This document shows, piece by piece, positions 11,828-24,690 of a stretch of DNA of 64,000 nucleotides. A model generated the notes under the pieces. The model was given only the letters and a program-made list of their open reading frames with translations. It made no database searches and was not told where the DNA came from. This DNA comes from Geosiphon pyriformis uo1 (Eukaryota > Fungi > Glomeromycota): contig JAAOMT010000607.1 of the NCBI GenBank assembly GCA_016748015.1, positions 496,001-560,000 on the forward strand, in the 5' to 3' direction. A program made the translations under genes and the position numbers. The stretch's first letter is position 1. Every line of letters starts with the position of its first letter.

Positions 11828-14800
11828 TCAATTGGACATGTTGTTGTCAATGATAATGATTGGTTCCAGATCTTGTGGAATCTCATTTGGTTGGACTAGT
11901 ATTCTCTGTACTCCTAATTGTGGAATATTACTGGTGGATGATAATGCTATATGGTGGTATGGTTTCAGTCGATCTCCATGTGCTGTTTTGGTCAAAATTT
12001 TGTTATTCAATCTTAATTTGTAAGCTCCATTTCACAGAATTTTTTCTATGTGAAATGGTCCATCCCATTTGGGGTCAAATTTTCCACTCTATTGTTTTTC
12101 CACTTTGGTACAATAGAGTAGTACTTTGTCTCCAATTCTGAATTCAACTGGTTTATCTGGTAGTTGGTTATCATGTCTTTCTTTTTGTTTCTCTTGTAAT
12201 CTTTGTATGTTATCAGCTGCTCTTTGTCATTTGTTTTCTAATGTTTCCATTAAGTCATATGTTTTTCTCAACAATGTGTTTTTGAAATTTTCTTCTGTTA
12301 TTGGTTTGGTTGGGTATGTGCTGACTTCTATTTCCACTGGTAGTGTTGCTGTTCTACCATATACTAATTCAAATGGTATTGCTTATATAGTATCTTGCTT
12401 CATTGTTTGATAAGCAAATAGTACTGATGGTATCAACAAATCCCAATCATTCTGGTTTTTTCAGCTGAGTTTAGCTATTGCTTCATACAATGTTCTATTA
12501 AATCTTTCGACTAATTTATTGGTTTGTAGATGGTATAGTGATGATAGTGGTCTCTTAATTCCGAATCTTTGGCTCAATTCTGTTAATGTTCTGTTCACAA
12601 AATGAGTTTCTTGGTCTGATAATAATTTTTTTGGACATCCATGTCGACAAATTAAATCTTGATGAACAAATTTGGCAACGGATTCTGCATCCGCTCTTTG
12701 AATTGCTTTTGCCTTTGGCCATTTAGTGAGATAGTCTATGGCTACTGCTATGTACCTGTTTCCTCCACTGGTGATTGTTAATGGTCCGACTAAATCAATT
12801 CCAATACAGTCAAATGGTTGTCCTACTTTGATTGGTCTTAATAGTTTACTGGGTTTTGTACCTCCTCTTCACTGACAAGCATCACAATTTTGAACATATT
12901 GGATGATGTCTGAATACATTGATGGCCAATAGTATCTTTTTTTGGTTCTTTTTATAGTTGCTTCTTTGTGAAAGTGTCCTGCTGTTGGATTTGAGTGCAT
13001 GTTGAATAATATTGTCTCTTTTTCTGGCTCTGTAATTACTCTGGTTGGTTGCTCTAAATCTTTTCTATTTTTCCAATAAAGTATATTTTGGTGAGTAATA
13101 AAATATTTTGATTGTTGTTTAATACTTTTTTATTCCATTTGAGATAAATTCTCCTTGAACTGTTGAGTGTTTATATAATGTTGCAGTTGTTAATATTTTT
13201 GTATGTTCATCTTTTGTTATATTTTTCATTGGTATTGTTCTGGTTTTGTTATATTTTTGGGTTGAAATGTTCTTAAATTTGTCTTATTCATGACAAACCA
13301 TCAGTATTTCCGTTGTCTTTTCCTTTTTTATAATGTATAGTATAATTATATGGTGCAAGTGCCATTTTCCATCTTGATTGTCTTCCATCTCCAAATTCTT
13401 GTTTTTGAAGTGATGTTAATTCTTTGTGATCTGTGTATACTTCAAACTTCTGGCTTAAGTATTCTTTTCATTTTATGACTGTCCAGTATATTACTAAGTG
13501 TTCTTGTTCTAGTGTTCCATAGTTCTTTTCAGCTGGCATTAAATCTCTGTTGGCATATGCTACTGGATGTTCTCTGTTATCTGGTCCTCTTTAAGATAAT
13601 ACTGCTCCCAATGCTTGGCTGGATGCATTGGTAGTGATGATGAATGGTTTGCTGTGATCTGGATAGATCAATATTGGAACTTGAATGAGCTTTTTTTTCA
13701 GAATATCAAAAGCTTCTTGTTGACTTTCTGTCCATTCATATTTTGTATTCTTGGTTTGCAGCTGGTTGAGTGGCTGTGCTATCTTGGAAAAGTTCTTGAT
13801 AAAACATTGATAGTAGTTGGCAAATCTCAAAAATGATTTCAGTTCTATCATATTGGTCAGCACTAGAAAGTTCTTTACTATCTCTATTTTCTTTGGATCC
13901 GTTTTGATGCTATCTTTGCTAACTATGTGTTCCAAGAATTTTAGTTCTGTCTTGCTAAAAAAGCACTTTGTTGCATTTAACTTTAGTTCTGCTCTTCTTA
14001 GTCTTTTGAACACTTGTTAAAGATGATGAAGATGATTATCAAATGTTTTTGAGAATACATTGGTGTCATCCAAGTATACAACTACTGATTTTCACAATAA
14101 GCCAGTATAAACAATTTCCATTAGCCATTGGAAAGTTGCTGGGGCATTGGTTAAGCCAAATGGCATTACTTCAAATTCGAAATTCCCTTCTCTTGTGGTG
14201 AATGCCATTTTCTCTTTGTCAGCTGGATTCATGGCCACTTGCCAGTAACCACTATCCAGGTCTAATATTGAAAACCATTTGTTTCTACTGAAAGCGTCGA
14301 ATAATTCTTAAATCCATGGAGTGGGGTAGCTATCTCCACAAGTTATTCCATTGAGTTTTCTATAATCCACACAAAAGCAAATTTTCCTATTCTTTTTCCA
14401 GACGAGTACCACTGGTTATAACCATGGGCTCATTGATGGCTGAATTAGCCCATTGTCAAGCATTCAGTTTATCTCTTGATGGATAATCTCATGGCTAGCT
14501 AGTGGTACTCTGTATGCTTTTTGTTTAATTGGCATTGCATCTCCAGTTTTGATCTGATGCTGGATGATGTCAGTTCGGCCAAACTCATTTTTGCTGGCAA
14601 AGATGTTGTTGAAATTGTTGAGCAACATCTTAAGTTGCATATGTTGGAGTGGATCTAAGTTTCCCATGTTCATTTGTTCTAACTGTTTTGGTTGGAGCAA
14701 ATAACATTTGTTTTGTCCATATATCGTTTGTGATGTAATATCAACATATTTACAAAGCTGTAGAAAGTCTGGAATGGTGCTTAGTAGTTGATCCTTTATT

Positions 14801-17800
14801 TCTGTGGTCAAATATCTGATGATAATTCCTTCCAGTATATTGACAACATTTTCGGTGTTGTTGTAGATGGGAATTTTAATGTGGTTATAGTTCTTGACTG
14901 GTATGTGGAGATTGATGAATCCAATTTCTCCTGATTCACAAAGACTTGCTTCTGCTTCAAAAATTTGTGCTTGGTTTTTTACTTCCCTCTCTATTGTTAC
15001 TATGTACTGGTCATATGATAGAATAGAAATTGCTTGACTGGTTGAGATAATTTCTCCTTGGCCAACAATTTCTTCTTCTGCCATATTGACTGACACATCT
15101 ATTCTACTTATTGATCCAAATCTCTGTATTCCTTTCGCTGTTATTCCTAATTCCTTCCTTTTTCCCACTGATACTAACTGAGCTACTCTAACCAGAAGCA
15201 GGAATATTGCCTGTGCTATCTTTTTATTAGGCTCTATTATATAGGCCTTTTCTGAGTCATTTTGTAGCATAGCGATGATATTTCTTATATATCCTGTGTC
15301 AATTATTCCTCCTCTTATATTAATCCCTCTTTTTGCTAAACTACTCCTAAATGCTAATTGAATCATTGTTGTTGCCGGAATTTCCAGTGCTATTTTCAAA
15401 TCAAGGCAGATATGTGAATGTGGTTTCAATTTAATGGTATCTTTTCCTGGATACCTCAGATCAAACCTGGTATTAGTATTATGTGTGTTCTGGCATAATA
15501 CCTTTGTTATTATCACTGAATCATTTTAGTTCCAATTCTCTGGTCAGATCAGAGATTGCGATATATTGTTCATATTTTAAATCAGAGTTTGAATCAGAGT
15601 TTGAATCATTGTCATTGTTATTGCTATTTTGAACAGAGCTGGAACTGGTGTTTTCGTTATCATTATTGTCAGAGTTTGAATTAGAATTAAATGATAATTC
15701 TGATTCCGATGCACAGCTGTTGATTGGTTTCTCTTCCTCTGGGATCATGTAGATTATGTGGATTGGTAGATTGTAAATAAGGTCACACTTATTACAATAT
15801 TGAAAGTCACATGAAATCAAACAGTGATCACATAATCAAGTATTTAGCTGTGCTAACTGTTTTTCCTGTTCCTCTCTGGTTGGTACTAAATTTTGATAAT
15901 GTTTGTGGAAGTCTTCTGGGTTGGTCTCAATGTCAAAGAAAGCATTTGGATTGGGAACTAGGATAATATTAACTGGTTCTAAAGGATTGTTCTTAATTTC
16001 TAAGATTTTGCTGAATGTGGTGTCTTTTACTTTGGTGTTCGCCATCCGCCAAATCTTGTGTTTGTTGTGTGGGTATCCATCCAGGTGAGAGATTGCTCGG
16101 TGCCAAGTGGCAGTTATTGGCATATTACGACTCACCCAGTTGCTAATGAGGATTGTGTATTGGCATGAAGTGTCACACGTTCCTCCTTGACCAGGAATGT
16201 TATTCCACATTCCTTTATTGAGCAACTGTTTGCTGCAAGTGAGACATAGTTCATTGTCCCACTTGTCTTGTCTTTTTGGGTAGCCATACCGTTTGCAGTG
16301 GCAAGACTTGCAATAATAGTGGGTTCACATTTAGTTATCTTCATCTGGTGTAATCCAAGCTCCCATGGAAGAGAGTTTCTTCTCACAATCTTTGCATTTG
16401 AGTAGTATGTGTGATGGTTGTGGCAGTGGCTCATGAACAGAGTACGAACTTGTCCAGCCACTAGTGGTGTCTTTTGTTGATTCCATTTCCTTTGGTAGGT
16501 TGTCTTCTCTTTCCTTTCCCTTTCCTTTCTCTTCCCAACTTAGTGTAGGTGGCAACTCGTTTTGGTTGTTATCAATCCAAGCACCAATAGTGGTTTCCCA
16601 GGTATGTTCTTCTTTCTGCTTTCCTTTTCTATGGTCGTCTTCATTCCAGGCAAGTATAAGTAGCAGTTTATTGTGGTCGATGTCGGCTCACGAAACCTGA
16701 TATGCTTCCCATGTTGGTTTCTTTGTTTCCTTCTCAAGTTCGATTAGTGGTTACAAGTTGGTTGGTTTAAAGTGGCTGCATACTGCTGGTGCTTGAGTAT
16801 GTTGAACATTTTGGCTCAGTTAGAGCTCTTGTGTTATCCAATCAAGTATGGCATTTGTTTTGGATAGCCAATTATTTCCAACAAGAGCTTAGTACTAAGT
16901 GGCTTCCATTACAAAGACTTTAATAGGTACCATGATGCCATTAATTTTGATAGGTAGGTTGTTTATTTCACTTATTGGAGTTTTAATCACTCTATTAGCT
17001 GTGATGATCCTTGCATTGGCAGTTCAGTCAACTCGGCAACCTAATTGATCCATGAGTTGTCTTGTTATGATGCTGTCAGCTGATCCACTATTTAAGATCA
17101 GTTTGATGGTATGGCCATTAATTTTGGCATCTGTATACATAGTGGTGATTGGCTTCTTTTCCAGAGCTGCTTCACTGAATAATAGAATTTTGATCATTTT
17201 TTCCAAGTCAAAGGGAAAGATGGCCATAAGCAATTCGTCATTGGTGACAGTTGCTGGTAGAATGTTGTTGGTAAGTGCTTGTTGTTGGTTGGATCCCGAA
17301 TTATTGGTGGTGGCATCTTCTGGGATAATCAGGAGACTTAAATAGTTCTGGAAATTTGGATTTTGGGTGGCACTGGTACCCAAATTCTGAGAATGCGATC
17401 CTGATAATAAGTTGGAAGAACTGGGGATCAGTTGGTGAACAATCATTGCTGATCTCCAGTTTTGTGTAATTCTGGTTTGTGGTGGCCTGATGTCATATTA
17501 ACTGAATTCTGGGGCGGTGTTTGAATTAATTAGGTTTGATAGATTACTTGTGGCTGCAGTTGATATATTACAGGTGGCTGCAGTTGATATATTGCTGGTG
17601 GCTGTGGTTGATAAACTAGAGTCTGATATACTGGTGCTTAATAAATTGGCTGCTGCATCATTGGCAGATAAGTGTTTTAATATTGTTCCTAATTTTGTTG
17701 ATATCTCAGAGTTTGAAATTGGTGGTCAGGATTTCTATATTGATTTCCTGATCGTTGATGGTTATAAGCATTGCAGTTTGCTCTGATGTGCTCTTGTTTA

Positions 17801-19436
17801 CCACAGTTGTGGTAGACACGCATCTCTGGCTGCCACTGCTAATTGGCCAATGTTGAGGGACGTGCTTAATTTTGGGAACAATTGTAGTTTCCTGGATTGC
17901 TGCGTCATTAAGGTGGTTGATAAATTGTGCGATTGTCAGTTTAGTATCTTTCTAATTTCTAATTAATTGAATTACTGAATTGTTTCAATTTGGAGTCCAA
18001 TTCAGATGATCTTTTCATCACTAGATTAACAGCTTGGGCATAATTAGTCTTGGACTCAGCTGATTTGAAATCTTTGGTACGTGTGACTGTATCTTGAAGG
18101 GTGCTTGGATACAACGAGTGTACATGTTGTAAGATGCTGTTATACAGGCCATGGATAAACTGGTTGAGGATCTGTGATGCTGTAAAATAGTTGGTGTCAA
18201 TTGCCTGGATCTGATGCAGATTTCTATGGAAGTGTCCCAAGTAAGTAGTGACTGCTTCAGTTTTTCCTTGTTTTATGGTGGTCAATGTATTGACTAGGTG
18301 GTTGATACTATTATTGTTGCTGAAGTATCTTAAAAATTCTACTTTGAAGGCATTGAAGTCTTGTGGTTTATTGATCAAGCTCTGATACCATGAATCGGCA
18401 GTATCTTTGAGAAAATAGGAAATGGCTTGTATTGCTCGGACGTCATTCCATTCATTGGCTGTGATGGCTTTTTCCATATTGTTCAGTCATACTTGAGTGT
18501 CGTTCTCTTCACTGGTGAAATTATCCAGTTTCATGATTGGTGCGTAGGCCATTGAATCTAAGTTGGGTGGTTGTGGTGACTGTTGAAGCAGTTGTTGATT
18601 TTGTTAAGGTGGTAGTTGAAGTGGCTGCTGTATAGCTATTGGATCAATTGGTGGTTGATTGATAATGATTACTGGAGGTAAGTTTGGTTGATTAATTGGA
18701 TTGGGGTTTTGATTATCCTGAGTTGGTGGTGTCTGAATATTTGGAGTTTTAACTTCCAAATTTACTGAATTTAAATTTTGCTGGTTCTGAAGATTCGGGG
18801 TTTCAAATTCTGGGTTTTCAGTGATCGGGTTCTGATAAGTGAATTCTTGATCCTCAGTTTTTTCTTCTTCCTCTTCTTTTGATTCTGTTACCTCTCATGG
18901 ATCAGAGATTCTAAAATCTGGTGGAAGTGGTAATGATCGAATTCCTAATGGCATTGGTGATCACAATTTAAATTTTTCAAAATATTTGGCATATGATCCT
19001 AATAACTCTGCTTTCCTTTGTTTACTTTGGAATAGAAATCATCCAAATGTTGATGTTGCATTTGGTGTGAATGCATCTGCAGATGAAATATTGATAGTGC
19101 TTCTAAATGTGTGATAATATAATGGATATGGTGGGAATTCAATTCTTTATTTCTTCCAGGGTGGTAGTTGTATTCCTTTAGGCATTACTGCTGGTGTTTG
19201 TAACCTTCCTTTACTTTTGTCTGTGTAAGTAATAATTCTGTATAGAAATTTTCTCTTGCTGACTTGATATTAATGGTTCCTCCTAAACAGTCCGTGATTT
19301 TATCGTTGATGTAATAGTTGAAGGCTGATTCTGCTGGATAATGGTTGTTGTTTAGTCCTAACTGTTGGCTGTATTTTTGGAACAAGAATTTGGTGAATCT
19401 TAAGTGGTTGGCTCCTATAATTTCTGATTTTGCCAC
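11828..19436 (-). pseudogene. gag-pol: D gag-pol
   Basis: Gag (17959-18477) and CHNCGKQEHIRANC knuckle ~17770-17815; protease ~17090; dUTPase-RT ORF 14464-15516; YLDD ~14065-14078; HHCC and DDE integrase. Confidence 0.95.
15100..15500 (-). pseudogene. dut: D dUTPase domain
   Basis: FDL, FRSSLA, GGIIDTGYIRNI, KIAQAI and GIQRFGS correspond to dUTPase motifs 1-5. Confidence 0.9.
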
Positions 19437-19476
19437 TGTTGATTAGTTGTTGGTGCTGGTTCTCTGTAGGATTATA

Positions 19477-19493
19477 CCTCACAAGGAACACTA
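19477..19493 (-). promoter_or_regulatory. D primer binding site (decayed)
   Basis: TAGTGTTCCTTGTGAGG = consensus TGGTGCTCCCTGTGAGG with three transitions. Confidence 0.8.
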
Positions 19494-19495
19494 AA

Positions 19496-20413
19496 TGTTA
19501 CAGGTGATTCTTTGGGGTGTCAAGTAAATAACCAATCTGTAACTTAGTGCTTAAGACAATTGGTGATGATGATAATCTGAAGATATTTTATCTGAAGGTT
19601 TTCCAATTGAGTTCTTTGTATAATAGACAGAGATTCAATGGTAACAGTTTATCAGTAGTTTCCTGAAACCATAGTTTTGTCAATTGCTTGCTCAGCTTGA
19701 TGGTTGATGATTCTCTTAGTATGATATCTTCTGTAAGTGTATACCAGTGCTGTTTCTTGACATCAGTTCCTCTATAAGTCCTCCAAAAGTAAATATTGTT
19801 TAAGCAAGTTTATTTTTCCATAAGTTCTCCAAGAGTAAGTATTTTTAAGTAAGTTTTATTTCTCCATAAGTTCTCCAAGAGTAAATCCTTTAATCAAGTT
19901 AGTAGACAACAAAGAAAATAAAAAAAAATAAAAGAGAAAATAAGAAATAAGCCAAGGCAATTTGCAAATTAGCATTTCATCAATAGCCATGATCAAAAGC
20001 TATTGTTCCAGTATGGTTTAAGTATTAGTTACTATCAACATGAAGTGTTAATAGTAAAGAATGAATTTGATATAGTGAATAATTATTTATTTGAGAATTG
20101 TGATAACTAAGCTAAGAATTTTTGGTGTCGATTCTGTCTTTTCTACTTCTAACGCTACTGCTATATATACATATTTGAGATTCCTCAATTCCTTAATTCC
20201 TTGTGACAGAAATCCTGGAATCCTGCAATTCCTGATAAGAGGAATTCTGGAATTCTGGAATCTTGCAATTCCTTGTCAAAAAATTCTGAAATTCTTGGAA
20301 TCCTGCAATTCCTCTGAGAGAAATCTTGGAATTTCACATTTACTATGCCTACATCTGATTGGCTAATATCTACTAACTAATAATACTATATTTCCTATAT
20401 TCTATAAGTAAAA
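19496..20413 (-). repeat. D 5' LTR
   Basis: Pair of 10215-11133; followed by the PBS. Confidence 0.95.
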
Positions 20414-21003
20414 CCGTCTTTGAGTATTTCTTGAACTTTTTTTTTGAGAATTACTTGAGTTATTTTGTTCTGTAATTCTTCAAATTGGGCATTGGTTATT
20501 TTTCCCATTTGGTTAACTGTAATGGAGTCTATTTTTGGATTAAGTAAAATTTCTGGTCTGTCTTGAAATTTAGTATATAGCCAATAGATGGCTCTTGCTT
20601 GTATAGTCAAATTGTTCTTTTCCACAAATTGTTCCAGTTGTTGCAGTATTGTTGTGTTAAATAATCATTTTGTTTTATTTGTGTATAAGTTTTGAATGTT
20701 CAAGTGTCATCCCAAGTGGAAATAACAAAAGTTCTTTGAAAATTTGAGTATCCATTATTTTCAAGTTTTTTTGGTTAACTTTTAATATGTGATGACACTT
20801 ATTGGTTCTTTTATTGCTAATTTTATTTTTAAAATCATTTTGTCAATAGTGTTTTCTGCTTTTCTTTGAATTTTGTATTTGAGTATCTTTCTGGTATCTT
20901 GGTATCGAATGGTTTGTTAGTTGATAGTAATTTCTATATTTTGTTGTTAAATCAGTTGGAATAGTTGTTGTGTTAGTGAGTGGATATCATCAGTAATTTC
21001 CAT
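20414..21003 (-). pseudogene. C ORF3 (last codons continue at 10171-10214 beyond D)
   Basis: MEITDDIHSL...RAIYWLYTKFQDRPEILLNPKIDSITVNQMGKITNAQFEEL. Confidence 0.8.
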
Positions 21004-24000
21004 TTTTCTGAAGTCTTCTGTTGCATTTATCATGTTTTTATATACTCTTTTTATTATTCACTTTTATGTGTTTGGTCCAATAATTATGATTGGTTCCAGA
21101 TCTTGTGAAATCTCATCTAGTTGAACTAGTATTTGCTGTATTCTCAGTTGTGGAATATTATTGGTGAATGATAATACTGTATAGTGATATTGTTTTAGTT
21201 AATCACTATGTGCTGTTTTGGCCAAGATTTTGTTGTCCCATCTTAATTTATAAGCTCTATTTCCAAAAAATTTTTCTATGTAAAATAGTTTGTCCTATTT
21301 GGGGTCAAATTTTCCACTTTATTGTTTTTCTGCTTTGGTATAGTGTACTTTGTTTCCAATTCTGAATTCAACTGGTTTATCTGGTAGTTGATTATCATGT
21401 CTTTTTTTTTGTTTCTCTTATGACTTTTGTATGTTATTAGCTGCTTTTTGCCATTTGTTTTCTAGTGTCTTTATTAAGTCATATGTTCTTTTTAACAATG
21501 TTTTTTGGAAATTGTCTTCTGTTATTGGTTCAGTTAGATATGTTTTAACTTTTATTTCTACTAATAGTGTTGCTGTTCTACCATATACTAATTTAAATGG
21601 TATTGCTTGTGTGGTATTTTGTTTTATTGTTTGATAAGCAAATAATACTGATAGTATAAACAAATCCTATTTATCTTAATTTTTTTGGCTAATTTTGGCA
21701 ATTGCTTTACACAATGTTCTATTAAATCTTTTAACTAAGCCATTTGTTTATGGATGATATAGTAATGATAATGGTCTTTTGATTCCAAATCTATAACTTA
21801 ATTCTGCTAATGTTCTGTTTACAAAGTGAGTTCCTTGATCTGATAGTAATTTTTTTGGACATCCATGTTGACAAATTAAATCTTGATGAATGAATTCAGC
21901 AATGGATTCTGCATTTGCTCTTTGAATAACTTTTGCTTCTGGCCATTTTGTAAGATAGTTCATGACTACTGCAATATATCTGTTGCCTCTGCTGGTTATG
22001 GTTAATAATCCAACTAAGTTAATTCCAATATAATCAAATAATTGTCCCACTTTGATTGGTCTTAATGGTTCACTTGGTTTTGCTTTTCTTCTTCTCTAAC
22101 AAACATCACAATTCTGAACATATTGAATGATATCTGAATATATTGATGGCCAATAGTATTTCTTTCTAGTTTTTTTTATGGTTGTTTCTTTATGAAAATG
22201 TCTTGCTATTGGATCTGAGTACATGTTGAACAATATTGTCTCTTTTTCTGGTTTTGTAATTACTTTGGTTGGCTGGTCTGGATTTTTTCTGTTTTTCTGG
22301 TAAAGTATATTTTGATGATTGATAAAATATTTTGATTGCTGTTTTATGTTGTTTTGTTCCTTTTGAGATAATTTTCCTTGAACAATTGGGTATTTATATA
22401 GTGTTGGAGTTGTTGGTATTTTTGTATATTCATCTTTTGTTATATTTTTGGATTGAAATATTTTTAGATTTGTCTCATTTGTGACAAACTGTCAGCATTT
22501 CTATTTTTTTTTTCTTTTTTATAATGTACTGTATATTTGTATGGTGAAAGTTCTATCTTCCATCAAGTGTAATAATCATTTCTAAATTCTTTGTTTCTGG
22601 ATTGAAGTCAATTCTTTATGGTCTGTGTAAATGTTAAATTTCTGGCTCAAGTATTTTTTTTATTTTATTACTGCTTAGTAAATAGCTAAGTATTCTAGTG
22701 CTGATGTTCCATAGTTTTTTTCTGCTGGACTCAAACTTTAGCTGGTATATGCTACTGGATGTTCTCTTTTGTCTGGTTTTTTCTACAATAGTACTGCTTC
22801 TAATGTTTGACCTGATGCATTGGTAATAATGATAAATAATTTGCTGTGGTCTGGATAAATCAATATTGGGGCTTGTATAAGCTTTTTTTTTTAGTGTGTC
22901 AAAAGCTTCTTGCTAGATTTTTGTCCATTCATATTTCACATTCTTAGTTTGGAGTTGATGTAATGACTAAGCCAATCTAGAAAAATCCTTAATAAAGTGG
23001 TGATAATATCCTGCAAATTCCAAGAATGTTCTTAGTTCTGTAAGATTATTTGGTACTGGAAAGTTTTTGACAACTTTAATCTTGTCTGAATCTGTTTTGA
23101 TGCCATCTTTGCTCATGACATGTTCCAAAAACTTGAGTTCAGTTTTTTTAAAGAAGTATTTGTTTGCATTTAATTTCAGTTCTGCTTGTCTGAGTCTTTC
23201 AAATACTTGTTGGAAATGATGAAGATGATCATTGAATGTTTTTGAGAACACATTGGTGTTATCCAAATATACAACTACTGACTTCCATAATAGTCCAGTA
23301 TAAACAATTTCTATGAACCATTGAAATATGGCTGGAGTATTCATTAAGCCAAATGGCATGACTTCAAATTCAAAATTTCCCTCTCTTGTTGTAAATGCAG
23401 TCTTTTTTTTGTCAGCAGGATCCATGACTACTTGCCAGTAACTACTATTTAGATCTAGTGTTGAAAACTATTTATTTCCACTGAAAACATCAAATAATTC
23501 CTGAATTCATGGAGTTGAATAACTATCTCCATAAGTAATACCATTGAGTTTTCTATAATCTACACAAAAATGGATCTTTCCATTTTTCTTTTGGACTAGT
23601 ACCACTGGTGATAACCATGGACTTATTAATGGCTGAATTAGTTTATTGTCTAACATTCAATTGATTTCTTGATGAATAATTTTATGGCTGGCTGGTAATA
23701 CCCTATATGCTCTTTGTTTGATTGACATTGTATCTTCAGTTTTGATCTAGTGCTGGATGATATTGGTGTGGCCAAATTTGTTTTTGCTAGCTAAAATGTC
23801 ATTGAAATTGTTGAATAACATTTTTAGTTGCATTTGTTGGAGTGGGTCTAAATTTCTTATGTTCATCTGTTCTAATTGTTCTAGTTGGAGCAGATAACAT
23901 TCACTTTGTTTGTAAATGGTTTGTAATGTGATATCTACATATCAACAAAGCTGTGGAAAATCTGGAATGTAGTTTGGTGGTTGATCTTCAACTTTAGTGG

Positions 24001-24289
24001 TTAAATATCCAATAATGGTTCTTTTTGGTATCTTAATAACATTTTTGGTTGTGTTGTAGATGAGAATTTTGATGTTTTTGGGGCTTTTGACTGGTATGTA
24101 AAGATTAGTGAGTCCAATCTCTCCTAATTCGCAAATGGTGACTTCTGTTTTAAACAACTGAGCTTGATTTTTTACTTCTTTTTTTATAACTAACATGTAC
24201 TGGTTATATGGTGGAATGGAAATTGATTGATGGGTAGAGATAATTTTTTCTTTGTTAATAACTTTTTTCTCTGCCATATTGACTAGTAT

Positions 24290-24690
24290 ATCTATTCTAT
24301 CTGTGGATCTGAATCTCTGTATCCCTTTTGCTGTAATCTTTAATTCTTCCCTATTTCCCATGAATACTAATTGAGCTATTTTCATCAAAGACAGGAATAT
24401 TGTCTGTGCTATTTTTTCATTTGGCTCTATTATATAGGCTTTTTCTGAGTTATTTTGTAGCATAGCAATGATATTTCTTACATATTCTGCATCAATTATT
24501 CCTCCTTTGATGTTAATTCCTCTTTTTGCTAAACTACTCCTAAATGCTAGTTGAACCATTGTTGTTGCAGAGATTTTCAATGCTACTTTGAAATTAATGC
24601 ATATGCACAAATGTGGTTCTAATTTGATGGAATCTTTTCCTGAATATCTTAGATCAAACCCAGCATCAGTATTATGTGCACATTTTGGCA
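24290..24690 (-). pseudogene. dut: C dUTPase domain
   Basis: DAGFDL, FRSSLA, GGIIDAEYVRNI, EKIAQ, GIQRFRST. Confidence 0.9.

Larger units (their letters stand above)
10215..20413 (-). mobile_element. Element D: full-length, inserted in the 3' end of C ORF3 (4th nesting level)
   Basis: LTRs 10215-11133 and 19496-20413. TSD CTGT/CCGT (10211-10214, 20414-20417). Confidence 0.95.

Noticed and set aside
12126-12410. Recurrent hydrophobic antisense ORFs opposite IN, RT and PR (e.g. 21431, 41119, 45854, 13817, 17052)
   Set aside because: Shadow frames of the A-rich sense ORF with inconsistent starts and ends.
15770-16410. Cys-rich domain as a cytidine deaminase
   Set aside because: No HxE...PCxxC with suitable spacing.
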